The position numbers and the translations under genes were made by a program. The notes beneath the pieces were generated by a model. The model made no database searches, was not told where the DNA came from, and was given only the letters and a program-made list of their open reading frames with translations. DNA of 25,773 nt from Actinomycetota bacterium (GTDB taxonomy: Bacteria > Actinomycetota > Acidimicrobiia > IMCC26256 > PALSA-610): assembly GCA_046727335.1 (NCBI GenBank), contig JBKPCL010000008.1, forward strand, positions 1-25,773, read 5' to 3'. This document shows positions 24,701-25,773 of this stretch, piece by piece. How positions within the stretch are numbered: position 1 is the stretch's first letter; every line of letters begins with the position of its first letter.

Positions 24701-25773
24701 CCGGTCGACGACGCGCCTGTCGCGAACCCAGACTCCGTGACGACCAACGAGGATCAGATCACGACGATCACGAGGGCGTTCCTCCTCTCGAACGACACGG
24801 ACGTCGACAGCCCGGCGCCGACGTTCACCGCGATCGTCCTGCCGCCGTCCGACGGGACACTGACCGTCGTCACGGGCGGCTACACCTACACGCCCAACCC
24901 CGACTTCAACGGCACCGATTCCTTCACCTACCGGATCTCGGACGGTTCACTCACCGACGAAGGTGTCGTCACGATCCACGTGACGCCGGTGAACGATCCG
25001 CCGGTCGCGAACCCAGACGGGCCCATCTCCGTCGAGGTGAACCAGCAGCTGGTCGTCAACGCGCCGGGCGTGCTCGGCAACGACACGGACGTCGACGGCG
25101 ATCACCTCACCACCTCGCTCGTCACCGGGCCGTTGCACGGAACGTTGTCGCTGCACGCCGACGGTTCGTTCACGTTCGACCCGGGGCTCAACTACCTCGG
25201 CAACGACTCGTTCTCGTACCGGGCAGTCGATCCGTCCAGCGCGAAGAGCGCCACGGTGACCGTCTCGCTGAAGGTCGCGTTCGGCGTGTTGCCGATCAAC
25301 TTCTTCGGGACGGCCGGTCCCGATAATCAGGGCTTCATCGGATCGCTGACGCAGGGGTTGAACGTCGACCTGCGAGGCGGGAACGACACCTATCGGCTGT
25401 TCTTCGGCGGACTCAACGGCCTGGTCACGATCAAGGACTCCGGCAACGACAGCGGCGACCGACTCATCGTCAGCGGCACGACCGGCAACGACACGATCTC
25501 GGTGGTCGGCAACCAGGTCACCTGGAAGACCCAGAAGATCCAGTACTCAGGCATCGAGCGCCTCGACGTGCTCGCCGGGAACGGCAATGACACCGTCAAC
25601 GTCGACGCCCATTCGCTCGGCGCGGCAGTGCGCACGATCGACGGTGGCGCAGGAACTGACATCTTGTCGATCAACGCGAGCGGTCTCGACGCTCACGTCT
25701 CCGGCAACACGCTCTTCATCAACGGTCGTGGCGCGCTGACGTTGTCCGGCTTCGAGCGGATTTCGTTGACGAG
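18728..25773 (+). CDS. giant secreted repeat protein (partial, more than 2,340 aa in window): Sec signal peptide + 21 tandem-95/Ig-like repeats + 2 cadherin/VCBS-like domains + RTX-type calcium-binding beta-roll repeats. Putative adhesin or surface protein.
   Basis: The GTG at 18728 is preceded by AGGGAGGGG. The signal peptide VGLGRRGLVLVAALTLFTLMPVRPAFA|AAP is typical. The frame is open to the window end, so the gene is absent from the track, which shows only Arg-rich alternate-frame shadows. The repeat consensus is ...PVNDPPVA-(S/T)NGT.TV.EDGS.PVTLHATDVDGD.LTY.IV.QP.HGTV.C.P.GSPNCTYT....YNGPDSFTFRANDGQ.DSN.ATV.VTVT... Confidence 0.85.
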   Translation, partial: MGLGRRGLVLVAALTLFTLMPVRPAFAAAPVASDGTATVVEDTPTPITLDATDADGDTLTYSVVDQPTHGQVTCDSAGSCTYTPDLNYNGSDLFTFSANDGTSDSNTATVTITVTPVNDPPVASNATLSVPEDGSAPITLVALDPDLDPLTISIVDQPTHGTLTCDSAESCTYTPDALYHGTDSFTFNANDGTVDSNTATVSITVTPVNHPPVASNGTLTVAEDSGASPVTLHATDVDGDPLTYAIVAQPPHGTVGCDAGGSPNCTYTPDALYSGPDSFTFRANDGTVNSNTATISVTVSAVNHAPVASNGTMSVAEGGSGPVTLSASDPDGDSLTYTILTQPGHGTVSCTPSGSPNCTYATSAPNYNGSDAFTFRADDGQLNSNVATVNVTVTPVNDPPVATNGTMTVPEDGSGGVTLHATDIDSPTLTYFIVAQPAHGNVICNPSGGPTCTYTASDANYNGPDSFTFRANDGQLNSNIATVDVTVTPVNDPPVASDDTLTVSEGNSAPITLTASDVDGDSLTYAIVANPQHGNVSCGAGGSPDCTYTPDANYSGADSFTFRANDGTANSNTATISVTVSAVNHAPTASNGTLSVAEGGSAPLTLSASDPDGDSLTYSIVAQPTHGTVTCAPAGSASCTYTTSAPNYNGSDAFTFRANDGQLDSNVATINVTVTPVNDPPVATNGTMTAPEDGSGGVTLHATDVDSPTLTYFIVTQPAHGNVVCSPGGSPNCTYTATDQDYNGPDSFTFRANDGQLDSNTATVTVTVTPVNDPPVATNGTVGVAEGGSASVTLHATDVDGDPLTYAIVAQPPHGTVGCDAGGSPNCTYTPDALYSGPDSFTFRANDGTVNSNTATISVTVSSVNHAPVASNGTMSASEDGSGGVTLPATDPDGDSLTYSIVTQPTHGHVGCTPSGAPTCTYSSTDPNYNGPDSFTFRANDGSLDSNVGTISVTVTPVNDPPVATNSTASIPEDGSGGVTLHATDIDTATLTYAIVTQPSHGTVTCGPGGSPNCTYTATDQDYNGPDSFTFRANDGQLNSNTATISVTVTPVNDPPVATNGSLGVAEGGSAPVTLQATDVDGDTLSYAIVTQPSHGTVTCGAGGSPNCTYTPDALYSGPDSFTFRANDGTVNSNTATISVNVSAVNHSPVASNGTLSAAEGGSAPVTLSASDPDGDPLTYSILTQPGHGTVSCNPAGAPTCTYTATEPNYNGPDAFTFRANDGQLNSNTATISVTVTPVNDPPVATNGTLTVAEDSSASVTLHATDVDSPSLTYAIVGQPAHGNVICNPAGSPTCTYTATDTDYNGADVFTFRANDGQTNSNVATISVTVTPVNDAPVASDGTVTVAEESSAPVTLHATDVDSGTLTYTIVSQPVHGQVGCIPDGSPNCTYIATDPNYNGPDSFTFRASDGQADSNTATINVTVTPVNDPPVAADGTLTVAEDGSAPLTLHATDIDSPSLTYTIVGAPAHGQVTCNPAGAPTCTYTANDLNYNGPDSFTFRANDGQSASNIATVTVTITPVNDPPVATNRTVSVPEDSSSAVTLSATDPDGDALSYSVVTPPTHGAVACTPAGSPNCTYTATELNYNGPDTFTYKANDGQADSNIASVSVTVTPVNDPPVATNGTLTVAEDGSAPVTLHAINIDGDILNYSIVTQPLHGVVTCTPAASPNCTYTATDLNFNGSDSFTFKANDGQLDSNVATVTVTITPVNDAPVALDGAISVGNDGLEAFTLAASDVDADPLTYTILTQPAHGTVTCTPAGSPSCTFTTTDSHFTGNDQFTFRANDGHVNSNVATVIVAVASINQPPIVTNGTLSVPEDGSAPITLTGTDHENDQLTFSIIAAPIHGTVVCNPLGPQSVACTFTANDPNYNGPDSFTYRANDGQADSNIGTVSVTITPVDDAPVAAAGTLTLDEDTSAPITLHATDIDSGSLTYAIVTQPAHGSVNCSPAAAATCTYDATDLNYNGPDSFTFRANDGQLNSNVATVTVTITPVDDAPVANPDSVTTNEDQITTITRAFLLSNDTDVDSPAPTFTAIVLPPSDGTLTVVTGGYTYTPNPDFNGTDSFTYRISDGSLTDEGVVTIHVTPVNDPPVANPDGPISVEVNQQLVVNAPGVLGNDTDVDGDHLTTSLVTGPLHGTLSLHADGSFTFDPGLNYLGNDSFSYRAVDPSSAKSATVTVSLKVAFGVLPINFFGTAGPDNQGFIGSLTQGLNVDLRGGNDTYRLFFGGLNGLVTIKDSGNDSGDRLIVSGTTGNDTISVVGNQVTWKTQKIQYSGIERLDVLAGNGNDTVNVDAHSLGAAVRTIDGGAGTDILSINASGLDAHVSGNTLFINGRGALTLSGFERISLT
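18812..24722 (+). repeat. 21 head-to-tail ~282-nt (94-aa) coding repeats, 'tandem-95 repeat'/bacterial Ig-like type, two Cys per repeat
   Basis: Each repeat boundary is marked by the PVN(D/H)(P/A)PVA junction, and 21 units were counted by translation. The repeats are coding-frame conserved, not CRISPR-like. Confidence 0.85.
19370..22755 (+). repeat. higher-order repeat: four copies of an ~846-nt unit made of three successive 94-aa repeats (types A-B-C)
   Basis: Repeats 3/6/9/12 end ...TYTPDALYSGPDSFTFRANDGTVNSNTATISVTVS(A/S)VNHAPVA. Repeats 4/7/10/13 read ...LSASDPDGD.LTY.I.TQP.HGTV.C.P.G.P.CTY.T..PNYNG.DAFTFRA. Repeats 5/8/11/14 read ...TLHATD.DSP.LTY(F/A)IV.QPAHGNV.C.P.G.P.CTYTA.D.(N/D)YNG. 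Corresponding segments such as 19440-19690 and 21128-21380 are about 93-95% identical at the nucleotide level. Confidence 0.6.
25330..25773 (+). repeat. RTX/hemolysin-type calcium-binding nonapeptide (beta-roll) repeats at the C-terminal side of the giant protein
   Basis: The motifs recur as LRGGNDTY..., DSGNDSGDRL..., GTTGNDTIS..., LAGNGNDTVNV..., DGGAGTDILSI... (G-G-x-G-(N)-D-x-[LIV]). Confidence 0.55.

Noticed and set aside
18812-24722. Possibility that the tandem array is a CRISPR locus or satellite DNA
   Set aside because: The unit length is 282 nt with no short spacer/repeat alternation. It is conserved at the amino-acid level in one open frame, with junction motif PVNDPPVA, two Cys and FTFRANDG.

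Overview
This is a high-GC (~70%) chromosomal window, probably actinobacterial, with 20 supportable protein-coding genes and one truncated TnpB-like fragment that is probably a pseudogene. Because of the GC content the six-frame track is full of arginine-rich shadow ORFs; those are rejected below. I found no rRNA, tRNA, CRISPR array or intact mobile element.

Genes in order:
- RsmI 16S rRNA 2'-O-methyltransferase (minus, partial at the 5' edge), a DUF192 protein and a YchF/Obg-family protein form a translationally coupled minus-strand operon.
- A 27-codon Lys/Arg-rich peptide gene.
- An Rrf2-regulator, FetA-like ABC ATPase and FetB-like permease operon (minus).
- A 171-aa fragment carrying only the N-terminal HTH/WED part of an IS200/IS605 TnpB.
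- An epoxide-hydrolase-like alpha/beta hydrolase, a WS/DGAT acyltransferase and a SerC-type phosphoserine aminotransferase.
- A three-gene plus-strand operon: a thioredoxin-like (CPTC) fusion protein, a UGSC-family selenoprotein and a NIPSNAP-like protein.
- A His-rich membrane protein, a class-C beta-lactamase-like serine hydrolase, an acyl-CoA dehydrogenase, an SPFH/flotillin protein, an MFS transporter and a small hypothetical protein.
- The 5' ~7 kb of a giant secreted repeat protein.

Three observations stand out:
- The UGSC gene reads through an in-frame TGA (Sec) that is followed 4-11 nt later by a strong hairpin (candidate bacterial SECIS). The ORF track splits this gene in two. Its placement between a CxxC thioredoxin-like fusion protein and a NIPSNAP-like protein suggests an uncharacterised selenium-dependent redox module.
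- The giant gene encodes a Sec signal peptide, then 21 tandem ~94-aa (282-nt) 'tandem-95'/Ig-like repeats. Twelve of these are organised as four copies of an ~846-nt three-repeat higher-order unit. Two cadherin/VCBS-like domains and RTX-type GGxGNDT beta-roll repeats follow, and the gene runs off the window.
- The YchF homologue has an intact TGS domain but a degenerate Walker A (GFTGAGANR instead of GxPNVGKST) and G3 motif, so it is probably a pseudo-ATPase.

Non-track coordinates are approximate (about ±2 nt).
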